64,000 nt of DNA from Octopus vulgaris (taxonomy: Eukaryota). Numbering within the stretch: the first letter of the stretch is position 1; each line of letters opens with the position of its first letter. Of this stretch, positions 30,882 through 45,605 are shown one piece after another. A model generated the notes under the pieces. The model made no database searches. It had not been told where the DNA came from and worked only from the letters and a program-made list of their open reading frames with translations. Location of the stretch: positions 53,010,001 through 53,074,000 of the forward strand of contig OX597833.1 of the NCBI GenBank assembly GCA_951406725.2, in the 5' to 3' direction. The position numbers were made by a program, and so were the translations under genes.

Positions 30882-31062
30882 CTGTATGTATATACACACA
30901 CAGCAGTGACCGTGTGGTGAGAAGCTTGCTAGCTTGCTTCACAACCACATGGTTTCGTGTTCAGTCCCACTGCGTAGCACCTTGGGCAAGTGTCTTCTCC
31001 TATAGCCTCGGGCATAGCAAAGCCTTGTGAATGGATCAGGTAGACGGAAACTGAAAGAAGCT

Positions 31063-31070
<8 letters not shown>
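30708..31070. mobile_element. Two divergent SINE A 5' halves (30708-30845 minus, 30900-31070 plus)
   Basis: Both match the family A head and body. Confidence 0.75.
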
Positions 31071-31115
<45 letters not shown>

Positions 31116-31766
31116 TATGTGCACATATAAATACATATATATACGTATATATATATATATATATATATATATACGTATATATGTGTATAGATACACACAT
31201 ACATACACACACGACTGTTTTTCACCCGCTTACACATTTACATAACATTTACATAAGGCACGCTAAAAATTCCAAATTACGCGAAGTAATTATATAAAAT
31301 TATATAAAATGAGTAATCAAATATGAACACAGTAATTACTAAATATTATGATACACTTCGAGTAATACAAAATAATAATAATAATAATAATAATAAATTT
31401 AGATTACAATTATTTGCCAAACATAATTACCAAAGATTTTTGTAAACTAATTTTTGAGAATATTTGATGAAGTGAAGTCTAACCTTGTGATTGTAGTATG
31501 CCAAAAAATATTTTTTAATTAAAATTTCAAAATTAAACCTACACCCATTATGACGGTTGTAATTTCGATTCTTTGTGTTTGGTGGGTTGGGTGTTCACTA
31601 CATTAAAGATGTTAACGCTACCACCACCACCACCACTACTACTACCACGATCTGTTCTATACACATATGCGCTTAACTATATGTTCTTCGTGCAGAAGAC
31701 ATCCCTGGGAACTTGTTCCACGTCCGTGTTACAAATCAATAAAATCAATTCTAATGATATTACAGC

Positions 31767-31801
<35 letters not shown>

Positions 31802-31949
31802 CGACGATGACGATGATGATGATGACGATGACAATTTATGACTTCTCAATTTTGTGAATAAAAACCTATGAAAATCATTTAAAACCCGTTTAGATCTTTT
31901 TCTTTGACATTCTGTGCCCTCACCACCATCTTTCAAATATTGTCAATAT

Positions 31950-32165
31950 TAATGTCGGTAAGCTGGAGGAAGTGTTAGCTCGCCGGACAAAATGCTTGGC
32001 GGCATTTCGTCCATCTTTGCGGTCTGAGTTCAAATTTTGCCGTGGTCGACTTTGCCTTTCATCCTTCCGATATCGATAAAATAAGTACCAGTTGAAAACT
32101 GGGGTCATTATTGTCGAATTATACCCTCCCCCAAAATTTCAGGCCTTGTGCCAAAATTAGAAACC
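31950..32165 (+). mobile_element. SINE family B
   Basis: Head, central ctttcatccttccga.atcgataaaataagtaccag and ccccaaaatttcaggccttgtg tail variant. Confidence 0.8.
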
Positions 32166-32858
32166 AATATTTATGCTTCTTCCACCGTTATTGATGATGA
32201 TGATGATCTGTGTGTGCCTTTGTGTCTGTTTTTGTTCCCCACCACCGCTTGACATCTGGTTTTGGTGTGCATACGTCCCCGTAACTTAGTGGTTCAGCAT
32301 TATGATGATGATGATGATGATGATACTCCTTATTGTAGTATAGTAGACTCAAGTAAGTGGAAGGTAAGTGATTGGTCTTGGTGAAACCAAGTCAGGTAGA
32401 AACTGGTTTCATACGATTATAAATCTTTTTCTTTTCTTGTCTTTTCTTTTTTTTTTTGCTGTTTGTTTTTCTCTCCTTCTTCAGAGTCGGTTACTATGTA
32501 TAATACACCCAATAATGCAAAAAAAAAAATCAAACCGATCAATATGTAATTTCAATGTGAACTGTGATTTCTAACATAATCACATAGTCTCGTATTTAGC
32601 AAGACGCTTCGAAATGTAGAGTAGATGAAACAAAGGCGACTGAAGAAGGGAAATCTTCCTTGTTTTGTATGTCCTGTACTCTATTTTTTCGTTGTTTAAG
32701 ACATTTCCTTGGTTTTGTGTTTATGTTTTCGTTTCTCATTGTGTTCGATGTTGTTTTGGTGTCCTGTACCCATATATGCATGTATATATAAATGTAGAGG
32801 TAGGTACGTACATATATGTATGTATATATGCATATGTTTTATTTATTTATTAATTTAT

Positions 32859-32916
<58 letters not shown>

Positions 32917-33339
32917 AATCGACTTATCCTCTGACCCAAAATTGCAGGCCTTGTGACAAAATTTGAAATTGTTATTTCCTTTTATTTCATCTTATTCGGT
33001 TGTAATCAACAGGTATCACGTTTTCCAAGGTTATATTCATTAAAATTGGTCAATGAAATCGCAATCCATCTGATAACAAACATTTATATAGCTAAATTCT
33101 CAGTTCAAGGAGGCAACTTTGTTTCTCATTCCTTCTGGATCGATAAAATAACAATCAGTCGTAAGATCGATACAACTGATTGTCCGAATGTCCATACTGA
33201 ATTTTTAGTCTAATCCTCATGTAAGTAATGAGCTGTTAATTAATTAAGCATATAGATAGAAGAACTGTTTAAGTCTCGCAGAAAATACCCTGGGATATTT
33301 ATTTTGGATTTTTTCTCCTTCGCTATGAGTTCAAATCCT

Positions 33340-33588
33340 AACGAGGACGTAAACACACCAGCATCGGTTGTCAATCGATGTTGGGGGACAAACAGACGCA
33401 CAAATATATACACACACACAATTATATATATATATACATATCTACGACGGGCTTCTTTCAGTTTCCGTCTACCACTCACAAGGCTTTGGTCGGCATGAGG
33501 CTATAGTAGAAAACACTTGCCCAAGGTGCCACGCAGTGGGACCGAATCCGAAACCATGCGGCTGGTAAGCAAGTTACTTACCACACAT
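33340..33588 (-). mobile_element. SINE family A, partial
   Basis: Matches the family A body. Confidence 0.8.
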
Positions 33589-33867
33589 GAATATTTGGAG
33601 TCGATACCAATGAAATACTGATGTTCATGGTATCGACTACCTCCCGCCCTTCAAAGTTGTTGGGTTCGTCCAAGAATCAGCAAACATTATTACGTGTCCT
33701 ATTAACAATAGTATTAATTGTTGTTTGGTGCAAAATTAAAAGACGTTGATCAATTCTATGATCCAAGACATCCCATCCGTGACTTTCTAATCATATAATC
33801 AGGCACAGTGCATCTGAAACTACATTATCTGACGTGTCCTTTTTCTAAGACAGTATAGTATGATATA

Positions 33868-34122
33868 GTGGAGGCGCGTGGCTTAGTGGTTAGGGTGTCA
33901 GCATCATGATCGTAAGATTGTGGTTTCGATTCCTGGATCGGGCGACGCGTTGTGTTCTTGAGCAAAACACCTCATTTCACGTTGCTCCAGTTCACTCAGC
34001 TGGCAAAAATGAGTAACGCTGCGATGGACTGGCGTCCCGTCCAGCTGGGGAACACATACGCCATAGAAACCGGGCCCATGAGCCTGGCTAGGCTTTAAAA
34101 AGGGCGCATTTATTTTTATTAT
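33868..34122 (+). mobile_element. tRNA-derived SINE family C with target-site duplication
   Basis: A box TGGCTTAGTGG, B box GTTTCGATTCC; 14-bp TSD tatagtatgatata at 33854-33867 and 34123-34136. Confidence 0.85.
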
Positions 34123-34258
34123 TATAGTATGATATAAAGGAGATTTAGCTGCTATTTTAGGTCGCCATATTCGAGTGGTGAATATACCTAGATTATTTAA
34201 GGAGTGAGCCATATACTTTATCTCATGGATGTTGTTGACCCACAAACTCCCAGGTCAA

Positions 34259-35194
34259 TTAGAACCGTTAGTTAAATTTTACTCAGTAGCATAGAACCCA
34301 ACTTTTATAAAAAAAGTACGAGTAATATCTTTGCTTCATAAAAAAAAGCTATAAAAGCAATTTACTTCATTAGCTAATTATGTATATCGCTGAAATGATA
34401 ATTAGTATAGTTGGTTTCTGGAGGTCATAATTGCTTAATCTCTGATCAACCCGAGTCGAGATCTATGATCGAAGAGCTCCAGCTATAAAGCATCACGTAT
34501 CAGTCTTTCAGACAGTGTGTCTACAATGTTGTTGCTGTTAATGTTGTCGCTGGAAAGACAGTCCATCCATAACCATCCTCCCTTGTTCGAAAAGAAAACT
34601 TCTTTATATTATATTATCCGGTGTCCTTCTTTTAAGCCAATTAGATATTATTTGAAGTTCCTTTGGCGAGTTATATATAGCAGAGTTCTCCTTGTCTAGT
34701 GGCTGCCACCTTTTTATCCCTAGGTTAGAACCGTTAGTTAAATTTTACTCAGTAGCATAGAACCCAACTTTTATAAAAAAAGTACGAGTAATATCTTTGC
34801 TTCATAAAAAAAAGCTATAAAAGCAATTTACTTCATTAGCTAATTATGTATATCGCTGAAATGATAATTAGTATAGTTGGTTTCTGGAGGTCATAATTGC
34901 TTAATCTCTGATCAACCCGAGTCGAGATCTATGATCGAAGAGCTCCAGCTATAAAGCATCACGTATCAGTCTTTCAGACAGTGTGTCTACAATGTTGTTG
35001 CTGTTAATGTTGTCGCTGGAAAGACAGTCCATCCATAACCATCCTCCCTTGTTCGAAAAGAAAACTTCTTTATATTATATTATCCGGTGTCCTTCTTTTA
35101 AGCCAATTAGATATTATTTGAAGTTCCTTTGGCGAGTTATATATAGCAGAGTTCTCCTTGTCTAGTGGCTGCCACCTTTTTATCCCTAGGTTAG
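34259..35194. repeat. Tandem duplication, 466-bp unit x2
   Basis: Identical ORFs at 34517 and 34983; no differences seen between units; ttag microhomology at the junction. Confidence 0.9.
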
Positions 35195-35257
35195 TCTGAC
35201 GATGAAAGGTGTCCCAGCTATGACCACCCAGTCGTTTTCCTTTTTTTTTTCATTTTA

Positions 35258-35662
35258 TAGGCGCAGGAGTGGCTGTGTGGTAAGTAGCTTGCTTACCAAC
35301 CACATGGTTCCGGGTTCAGTCGCACTGCGTGGCACCTGGAGCAAGTGTCTTCTACTATAGCCTCGGGCCGACCAAAGTCTTGAAATTGGATTTGGTACAT
35401 GGAAACTGAAAGAAGCTCGTCGTAAATATGTATATATATGTGTGTGTGTGTATTTGTGTGTCTGTGTTTGTCCCCCAACATCGCTTGACAACCGATGGTG
35501 GTGTGTTTACGTCCCCGTAACTTAGCGGTTCGGCAAAAGAGACCGATAGAATAAGTACTAGCCTTACAAAGAATAAGTCCTGGAGTCGATTTACTCGACT
35601 AAAGGCGGTGCTCCAGCATGGCCGCAGTCAAATGACTGAAACAAGTAAAAGAGTAAAAGAGT
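35258..35662 (+). mobile_element. SINE family A, full length
   Basis: Complete head, body and tail. Confidence 0.9.
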
Positions 35663-36691
35663 ATAAATAAAATGCATTTTAAGGACTAAATTATCCAGTG
35701 TGTCATTCCGTTTTTTGATGATTTGAAGATGTGATTTAATGGATATTTGGCTGTTATTTCTAAAAGTAGAGAGATTAAGAAACAGCATCTCTTACGAGTT
35801 TGTTCTTATTGTTGTTATTGCTGCTGTATGTGGTAACATCACTCGTTTTTATTTATTTTTTTACACGCTAGGTTTGGTGGTGGCAATTCTTATGTCCATT
35901 TTAGGCCATTCTAGACTAACAGGATTAATACAAAGAATCGAGGAGTGGCTAGAAAGCAGCTAAAAGCTATCCACAGACTTTCCATCGGTGAACCAAATGT
36001 CCACATTTGAGTTCTGCACAGCCAACACCTACTTCTAGTACAAAAAACACCACATACCGACAATGCAGTGGCTTCGTAATGGGCTCCAGACTCAGTGGGA
36101 TCCTGACCACCTTTACCCTGGATGACCTGGAACACAAGGCACTCCACGCAGCCTATAGTGGAAATACGTCGACGATGCATTCGTCTTCACTCGCTCCTGG
36201 GACGAGGCGACCAGAATCCACAATGTCTTCAACTGTCTCCGCCACAACATCCAATTCGACGTTGAACACCCAGCCTCTAATGTCTCGCTGAGGTTCCTGG
36301 GCTTCAAAGTCCCCTTTGCATCGAGACATACGACAATCCGCTTCTTCGTGAATAAAAGGTGAAGAAAGACACCATCTTCCCCTTTAATTCAGCATATCCA
36401 AAGGCGTTGAAATACAATGTGGCCTTTAACAAGTTCGACCATCGCATAAGTTGGTGTGACGCGGTTAAAATACGGAACCATGTAGGGACGGATTACATTA
36501 AGATGGGGTGCTTTAGAGGATACAGGCTTAGGTTCATCGAGAAAGTGTGTAACACTCTAAACACACGAGCACGACGAGTACGAAGACCCTGTAAGAACCA
36601 TCAACAACAACAACAACGATGACGGCCTACGATCCTATGTTGATAATGGCGACAACGACCACAACAACATCAACAACAGCGGTAACTCCAG

Positions 36692-37092
36692 ATACGTTAG
36701 CACGCCGAGCGAAATGCGTAGCCGTATTTCGTCTGCCGTTACGTTCTGAGTTCAAATTCCGCCGTAGTTGACATTGCCTTTCATCCCTTTCGGGGGTCGA
36801 TTAAATAAGTACCAGTTACGCACTGGGATCGATATAATCGACTTAATCCGTTTGTCTGTCCTTGTTTGTCCTCTCTGTGTTTAGCCCCTTGTGGGTAGTA
36901 AAGAAATAGGTATTTCGTCTGCCGTTACGTTCTGAGTTCAAATTCCACCGAGGTCGACTTTGCCTTTCATCCTTTCGGGGTCGATTAAATAAGAACCAGT
37001 TACGCACTGGGATCGATATAATCGACTTAATCCGTTTGTCTGTCCTTGTTTGTCCCCTCTGTGTTTAGCCCCTTGTGGGTAGTAAAGAAATA
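36692..37092 (+). mobile_element. SINE family B tandem dimer inserted in the Penelope-like element
   Basis: Two units joined at gaaatagg|tatttcgtctg; TSD ggtaactccag at 36681-36691 and 37093-37103. Confidence 0.85.
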
Positions 37093-37164
37093 GGTAACTC
37101 CAGTGACCATGATAAAAATAACAACAGCAATAGCGGCAGCAGCAACAACAGCCGTTCGAGAATT

Positions 37165-37370
37165 AGGACCTGGAGATCTCCATTTCCAGCGACTTTGAGG
37201 GCCACGTCCCAGTGGTGTCGGGCATCAACGAAGAGCCCTCGACTACAACAAGACGACCAAAGTTTTGTTTTTTTTTCCAAGGTCTGGGGTCTCCCGCCCC
37301 TAAGCCCTAGACCATCACCTAATCACCCTTACCCGTCTTGTTGCTTAACAACAACAACAACAACAACAAG
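37165..37370 (+). mobile_element. Retroposon 3' end with (AAC)n tail (second copy 60609-60827, minus)
   Basis: Two similar copies ending ...cccttacccgtcttgttgcttaa(caa)n. Confidence 0.75.
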
Positions 37371-37456
37371 CAGCAACAACGATACTGACGGCGACTCTGA
37401 CAGCAGCAGACCCAGCCAGAGCGACGGCAGCGTCAACAGCATCAAGAATGACCGTT

Positions 37457-37490
37457 AGGAAAGAAAGAAAGAAAGAAAGAAAGAAATGAA

Positions 37491-37532
<42 letters not shown>

Positions 37533-37574
37533 AATGAAGGAAGGAAAGAAAAAAGAAGGAAAGAAAGAAAGACA

Positions 37575-37605
<31 letters not shown>

Positions 37606-37624
37606 TGAGAGAAAGAATGAAGGA

Positions 37625-37696
<72 letters not shown>

Positions 37697-37735
37697 AGGA
37701 AAGAAAGAATGAATGAATGAAAGAAAGAATGAATG

Positions 37736-37790
<55 letters not shown>

Positions 37791-37812
37791 CAGGAAGAAA
37801 CGGAAAATGAAT
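37457..37812. repeat. (GAAA)n microsatellite
   Basis: Seen directly. Confidence 0.95.
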
Positions 37813-38327
37813 GAGTGGGTATACGTCAAAGTTCCATACTATGGAGAGAGGGTAGAAAACAAGATAAAGAACAATACCAAAAGATCTGGTCTACCTGTCG
37901 GAATCCCGAGGCGAGGCAACAACCCTTAGACACTACCTCTCATTCACAAACAACACGCTGGACACATGCTGTTTGAACCAATGCCCAATTAAGGCAAATC
38001 AGCCAAAGGACAGCGTCCACATATGTTTTGAATTTGTGAATGTACATAGGATCGACGAAAAGACAGCTTCATAATCAAAGTGAAGGTGCATCTTCACAAG
38101 GCCACACCACCCACCAACAATGTGGTGTGGATCTCTTCACCCATATATTGGTCTTAACCAGCCTTAACCGCCAAAGCCTTCAACTAGCACCAGCAATAGC
38201 CAACACAAAAAGCGAATGATAAGAGCCTCTGAAGGAACTTTGATCCGAAACCGCTCACGTGAATAGACCTAACTTAATATATATGTAGCAACAAGGCTAT
38301 CCACAGATTACACGGCATATGTAGGTC

Positions 38328-38795
<468 letters not shown>

Positions 38796-39088
38796 TATAT
38801 ATATATATATATATCCATTTATCTATCAGTCTGTGTATCTGTCGATCAATCTATTTATCCATCCAGCCATCTATCCAACCGTCAATCTTTCTACCTGTCC
38901 ATCAATCTATCTATCTATCTGTCTGTCTGTCAGTCCGTCTGTCTGTCTATCTATCTATCCTCCCCACCACCACCTGTCTTTTATCTCCACGAACTTTGTG
39001 AAAAATAGAAAGTGAAGCATTTCTAACTTTTGAAACTTTTGTCACTTTTAAAACTTTAACTTTAAAACTTTAATAAACTTTAACAGTT

Positions 39089-39285
39089 TAAGGCGGCGAA
39101 CTGGCAGAAACGTTAGCGTTATTTCGACTGTCTTTATGTTCTGAGTTCAAATTCCGCTCAGGTTGCATTTGCCTTTTATCCTTTCGGGGTCGGTAAATTA
39201 AGTACCAGTTGTGTACTGGGGTCGATCCAATCGACTGTCCCCCTCTCCCAAAATTTCGGGCCTTGTGTCTAGAGTAGACGAGAAT
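39089..39285 (+). mobile_element. SINE family B
   Basis: aaggcggcgaactggcagaaacgttagc head plus core. Confidence 0.8.
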
Positions 39286-39506
39286 GAACCTGAAAACTTT
39301 GAGAATTTTTGAGATTTTGTGAATTGTTAAAGAGACATTCTCTGCGAGGGGTTTTCGAAGTTTGGGAAGTTTATTAAGCATTAAAATTTTTTCTTTAAGC
39401 ATTTGTTTTTTCAAAAGGATTTTTGAGATTTCTTTAAAATGAAATAATTTTTCTTAAATTCACTTTTTTCTGTCTTGTTCTCAATTGCTTTTAACTTCTT
39501 TAAACC

Positions 39507-39965
39507 TCTTTTAACTCCCCTTAATTTCGTCAGACGCAGTATTTTATCCTCCTCCTTTACCTTCCCAAACTCTCCTACCAAAGGCGTTACCCTGCTGTCT
39601 TTCTATATAAATGGTATTAATGTTTCTCGCGATCCTTTCTAAGTCGACACCTTTGGGAAAGATATGAGCAGAGAGAGAATTCAGGAGGGTGGCGTTTTGG
39701 TGAAGGAAGGGAGGACTGGTTGTAGTGATTAAGGGCGGAGGTTGGACACAACAAGGTCGATGAAATGAGATGTTAATGAAACGAGAATGCTTGAGCGAAG
39801 GTGACACGACCCCACTCAGTTCCAAGAAGCAGATGTTATTAAAGTAGAGGTACAAAAAGAAGAGGGAGGAAACAATGCACCTGTCTCTTGATGGTGTCCG
39901 TGTTGATACCTTATACAAGCGATTTTCAACCTTTCTCTATCCGCGTGATAGTCAATAGGCGCTGA

Positions 39966-40034
<69 letters not shown>

Positions 40035-41260
40035 CGTGTGTGCGCGTGTATGCATATATATTTATACATATACTGTCTCTCTTTTTACTCTTTTACTTGT
40101 TTCAGTCATTTGACTGCGGCCATGCTGGAGCACCGCCTTTAATCGATCCCGGGACTTATTCTTTTTTTGTAAGCCCAGTACTTATTCTATCGGTCTATTT
40201 TGCCGAACCGCTAAGTAACGGGGACATAAACACACCAGCATCGGTTGTCAAGCGATGCTAGGGGGACAAACACAGACACACAAACACACACACGCATATA
40301 TATATATATATACATATATACGACGGGCTTCTTTCAGTTTCCGTCTACCAAATCCACTCACAAGGCTTTGGTCGGCGCGAGGCTATAGTAGAAGACACTT
40401 GCCCAAGGTGCCACGCAGTGGGACTGAACCCGGAACCATGTGGTTGGTAAACAAGCTACTTACCACACAGCCACCCCTGCGCCTATATATGGTTATGGTC
40501 TCAGAGAATTTAACCATTATGCGATTATATCGACCCCAGTGTTCAACTGGTAATATTTTATCGACCTCGAAAGGACGAAAGGCAAAGTCGACCTCGGCGG
40601 AATTTGAACTCAGAACGTACAGATGGACGAAATGTCGCTAAGCATTTCGCCAGGCGAACGATTCTGCCTGCTCACATTATTGATTAGTTATATATTGCAA
40701 GGTTGTAATGGTTGTTGCTGAAATTGTTACTCTTTTACTCTTTTACTTGTTTCAGTCATTTGACTGCGGCCATGCTGGAGCACCGCCTTTAGTCGAGCAA
40801 ATTGACATCGGGACTTAATCTTTTAACTCCCCAGTATTTTATCCTCCTCCTTTACCTTCCCAAACTCTCCTACCAAAGGCGTTACCTTGCTGTCTTTCTA
40901 TATAAATGGTATTAATGTTTCTCGCGAGCCTTTCTAAGTCGACACCTTTGGGAAAGATATGAGCAGAGAGAAAAGTCAGGAGGGTGGCGTTTTGGTGAAG
41001 GAAGGGAGGACTGGTTGTAGTGATTAAGGGCGGAGGTTGGACACAACAAGGTCGATGAAATGAGATGTTAATGAAACGAGAATGCTTGAGCGAAGGTGAC
41101 ACGAACCCACTCAGTTCCAAGAAGCAGAGGTTGTTAAAGTAGAGGTACAAAAAGAAGAGGGAGGTGACAATGTACCTGTCTCTTTATGGTGTCCGTGTTG
41201 ATACCTTATGCAAGCGATTTTCAACCTTTCTCTATCCGCGTGATAGTCAATAGGCGCTGA

Positions 41261-41308
<48 letters not shown>

Positions 41309-41355
41309 GCGTGTGTGTATGTGTGTGTGTGTGTGAATGTGTGTGTGTGAATGTA

Positions 41356-41412
<57 letters not shown>

Positions 41413-41910
41413 ATGTATAAAAAAATATATATAAAAATACAGAATGGGGCAAGAACGCAAAACATTCAAATAGACTACACAAAAAAAACGGATGGGTCAT
41501 TCGAAGCCTCAAATCTTCAGTCAAGAACCGGATCATCCTCGCAATTTCGGCTGATTAATCTTATATATATATATATGGTTATGGTCTCAGAGAATTTAAC
41601 CATTATGCGATTATATCGACCCCAGTGTTCAACTGGTAATATTTTATCGACCTCGAAAGGACGAAAGGCAAAGTCGACCTCGGCGGAATTTGAACTCAGA
41701 ACGTACAGATGGACGAAATGTCGCTAAGCATTTCGCCAGGCGAACGATTCTGCCTGCTCACATCATTGATTAGTTATATATTGCAAGGTTGTAATGGTTG
41801 TTGCTGAAATTGTTACTCTTTTACTCTTTTACTTGTTTCAGTCATTTGACTGCGGCCATGCTGGAGCACCGCCTTTAGTCGAGCAAATTGACATCGGGAC
41901 TTAATCTTTG
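39507..41910. repeat. Diverged tandem duplication (about 39507-40822 and 40820-41910)
   Basis: 39538-39970 matches 40832-41265 and 40486-40822 matches 41572-41909, with different inserts between them. Confidence 0.85.
40081..40485 (-). mobile_element. SINE family A, full length
   Basis: Complete reverse-strand copy. Confidence 0.9.
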
Positions 41911-41998
41911 TAAGCCTGGTACTTATTTTATCGGTCTCCTTTTGCCAAACCGCTATATTACGGGGACTCAAACACAGACACACAAACATACACACACA

Positions 41999-42071
<73 letters not shown>

Positions 42072-42235
42072 GACAGGCTTCTTTCAGTTTCCGTCTACCA
42101 AATCCACTCACAAGGCTTTAGTCGGCCCGGGGCTATAGTAGAAGACACTTGCCCAAGGTGCCACGAGGTGGGACTGAACCCGGGACCATGTGGTTGGTAA
42201 GCAAGCTACTTACAACACAGCCACTCCGACGCCTA
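41812..42235 (-). mobile_element. SINE family A, near full length
   Basis: Tail to head on the reverse strand with internal (CA)n(TA)n. Confidence 0.9.
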
Positions 42236-42520
42236 TTACTTCATTTTTATTGTAAAGTATTTGTTATGTAATAAATTAGTATTCGTAATGCAAAGGATGT
42301 TATTAATTTCGGACTGATCGTTCTTGCTATCGTAGCTGTTGTGGAATGGTGGAAGCTGTCATGGATGATGACGTAATTGTATAACGCATGAACAGATAAT
42401 GAAGTTACTTATACTGAATGTTAAATCCATTTCGTTGTCAACAACAAATGTAGATGATTATATGATCGCGTGAGAGAGTGTGCGTGTCTATGAGTGTGTG
42501 TGTGTATTTATATGTATGTC

Positions 42521-42581
<61 letters not shown>

Positions 42582-42703
42582 AAAAGTATAATTCAGGGTA
42601 TCTAAGAGATTCCTTAAATTAAAATTTTAATAATAATTATTACCTTTGAAGGTTTTTATTCCCATGCAGGCCACTTGATGAGATCAATATTTAAATCAAC
42701 GAT

Positions 42704-42747
<44 letters not shown>

Positions 42748-42810
42748 TAGATAGATAGATAGATATATATATACATAGATAGATATATATATAGATAGAT
42801 AGATAGATAT

Positions 42811-42853
<43 letters not shown>

Positions 42854-42858
42854 TATAG

Positions 42859-42897
<39 letters not shown>

Positions 42898-42904
42898 AAG
42901 CCAG

Positions 42905-42974
<70 letters not shown>

Positions 42975-42977
<3 letters not shown>

Positions 42978-43314
42978 GAAGGCGCATGGCTCAGTGGTTA
43001 GAGCGTCGAGCTTACGATCGTGAGGTTGTGAGCTCGAATCCCGGACCGGGCTGCGTGTTGTGTTCTTGAGCAAGGCACTTTATTTCACGTTGCTCCAGTT
43101 CACTCAGCTGTGGAAATGAGTTGCGACGTCATAGGTGCCAAGCTGTATCGACCTTTGCCTTTCCCTTGGATAACATTGGTGGCGTGGAGAGGGGAGGCTG
43201 GTATGCATGGGCGACTGCTGGTCTTCCATAAACAACCTTGCCCGGACTTGTGTCTAGGAAGGTAACTTTCTAGGTGCAATCCCGTGGTCATTCATGACCG
43301 AAGGGGGTCTTTAC

Positions 43315-43318
<4 letters not shown>
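42975..43318 (+). mobile_element. tRNA-derived SINE related to family C, different 3' part, in (TA)n
   Basis: TGGCTCAGTGG and GCTCGAATCCC boxes; core gttgtgttcttgagcaa..cac...atttcacgttgctccagttcactcagctg shared with 33950-34000. Confidence 0.8.
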
Positions 43319-43353
<35 letters not shown>

Positions 43354-43911
43354 CTATATAGATAGATAGATAGATATAGATATAAATAGATATATACATA
43401 CATATACGTGCACATATGTATGTATGTATGTCTCTCCTGTTTTTAATCATTCAGATTCTTACTCAAAGATACAAAGTTCCATCTTTGGAATGTAGATGAC
43501 GAAAACAATATCACATTTTAAACCTGAAAAAGATCTTCCATAGTTTTACTATTCCGTCCACCGATTGTATTTGCAATGTAGGAATCGGATGATTCCTGTT
43601 TTGAAAATCCAAGTTTATACAGACTGACAGTTAGGCATTTACTTACAAAACCAAGTACTCTGATTAATTATTATTGATATAAATGTAGGTAAGTATACAT
43701 GAATATATGCATGTATGTATGTATGTATATTTAGATGAAATTTTTCGTTACTTAAAATTTATGAACTAATAAAAAATACTTACCTGCATTTTGGTATGGT
43801 AAGACAATTTCTATTATGATTTAATTAGTGTTTAAGAAAATAGTTCTTCAATGTATATTGACTAAATCAAGAATTCCTGCAACAACCATTATCTATGTAT
43901 GTGAACGTATT

Positions 43912-43951
<40 letters not shown>

Positions 43952-44151
43952 AAGAGAGAGAAAATTGAATAGAATGTATTCAAATGAGAATTTTACCTAA
44001 AAGGTTATTTTTTATATGCTGGCCACAGATAAATTCATAAATTTTAATGATTTTATGTATGTATGTATATATATATATATATACATACACATATATAAAT
44101 ATATATACATGTATGTATGTATGTATGTATGTATGTATGTATGTATGTATG

Positions 44152-44224
<73 letters not shown>

Positions 44225-44493
44225 ATGTATACATATATGTGTGTGTATGTTTTGCTTTGTGAGAGTCATTCTCTTTATAAAATTCAATCGTTGTAATTCA
44301 CTATTTTGGCTTTTTTATGATTAATTAATTAATTAATTAATTAATTAAATTATCAATCACTTGATTGGTTTGCCGAAAAACCACTACACACCAATTACAA
44401 TTTAGCGCTAATTTCCTCACAGGTGTCTTTTTTGCTGTTGATCATTTGCATGTGTGCGTGTATGTGTGTGCAGACATATATATGTATGTATAA

Positions 44494-44547
<54 letters not shown>

Positions 44548-44579
44548 CATATATACATACACACACACATATATTTGTG

Positions 44580-44611
<32 letters not shown>

Positions 44612-44755
44612 AAAACATAAATAGGTAGGTATGAACGTATCTATATGTATTAGTATGCTTGTATGAGTATGGATATATATATGTGTGTGTGTGTGTGTAC
44701 ATATATGTATATAAATTTATTTCTAAATACATCCATATACAAATACATATGCATA

Positions 44756-44822
<67 letters not shown>

Positions 44823-44934
44823 CACATATACATATACATATACATATACATAAACATATGTTTATATGTATACACACAAATATATATGTTTATTGCATAT
44901 GCTTATCAATATATATGTGTACATATATATGTAA

Positions 44935-45107
<173 letters not shown>

Positions 45108-45262
45108 AACAGATACAACGTTGACCAAACCAAAGTCATTCACAGATGCCCTTCATCTTTCAAGGTGTATCATTCTCATTTATAGGTTCTCTGCAAGTAT
45201 TGATGTCAATTTCATATTGTACATTCCATAGATAATGCGTATTTATTAGTGTATGCATGTAA

Positions 45263-45316
<54 letters not shown>

Positions 45317-45320
<4 letters not shown>

Positions 45321-45564
45321 TAGGAAGAAATGGAGCTGAAAGAAGATTTAACAAAATAATAAAAAGGAATTTGGTTAAATCTTCGTTCAGCTCCATTTCT
45401 TCCTACACTAAATATCTAAAACTTCAAATTTCCGCACTAAGGCACGGTTTTGAGACCCCATGGTCGTAACCTCAACCGTGATTTTTCTGTTGTGATTTTT
45501 GCTACCCAGGGATCGGTTATCATTTGAATAATCCGTAATAAGATAATTCATTTATCTACTTCAA

Positions 45565-45568
<4 letters not shown>
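45317..45568. mobile_element. Fold-back module with tail, between (TA)n tracts
   Basis: agtgtaggaagaaatggagctgaa.gaagatttaac (45317-45352) is inverted at about 45374-45409; related fragment at 52010-52050. No hammerhead core recognised. Confidence 0.7.

Positions 45569-45605
<37 letters not shown>

Larger units (their letters stand above)
35890..38290 (+). mobile_element. Decayed Penelope-like element (RT + GIY-YIG endonuclease), interrupted by insertions
   Basis: Frameshifted motifs in order: NTYF, YRQCSGFVMGSRLSG, KYVDDAFVF (YVDD 36165-36176), VFNCLRHNIQFDVE, LRFLG, FNSAYP; linker VKVPYYG (~37820) and a Cys cluster; MYIGSTKRQLH (38040); terminal E...I...RPNLN (~38230-38278). Confidence 0.8.

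Noticed and set aside
35222-35230. Perfect Gli site GACCACCCA near a Fox gene that is a Hedgehog target in vertebrates
   Set aside because: Single site inside an old repeat fragment whose relatives read gtgaccatccc; probably chance.
39544-41150. Two similar 124-aa and 103-aa minus-strand ORFs
   Set aside because: Similarity is explained by the tandem duplication; no recognisable domain.
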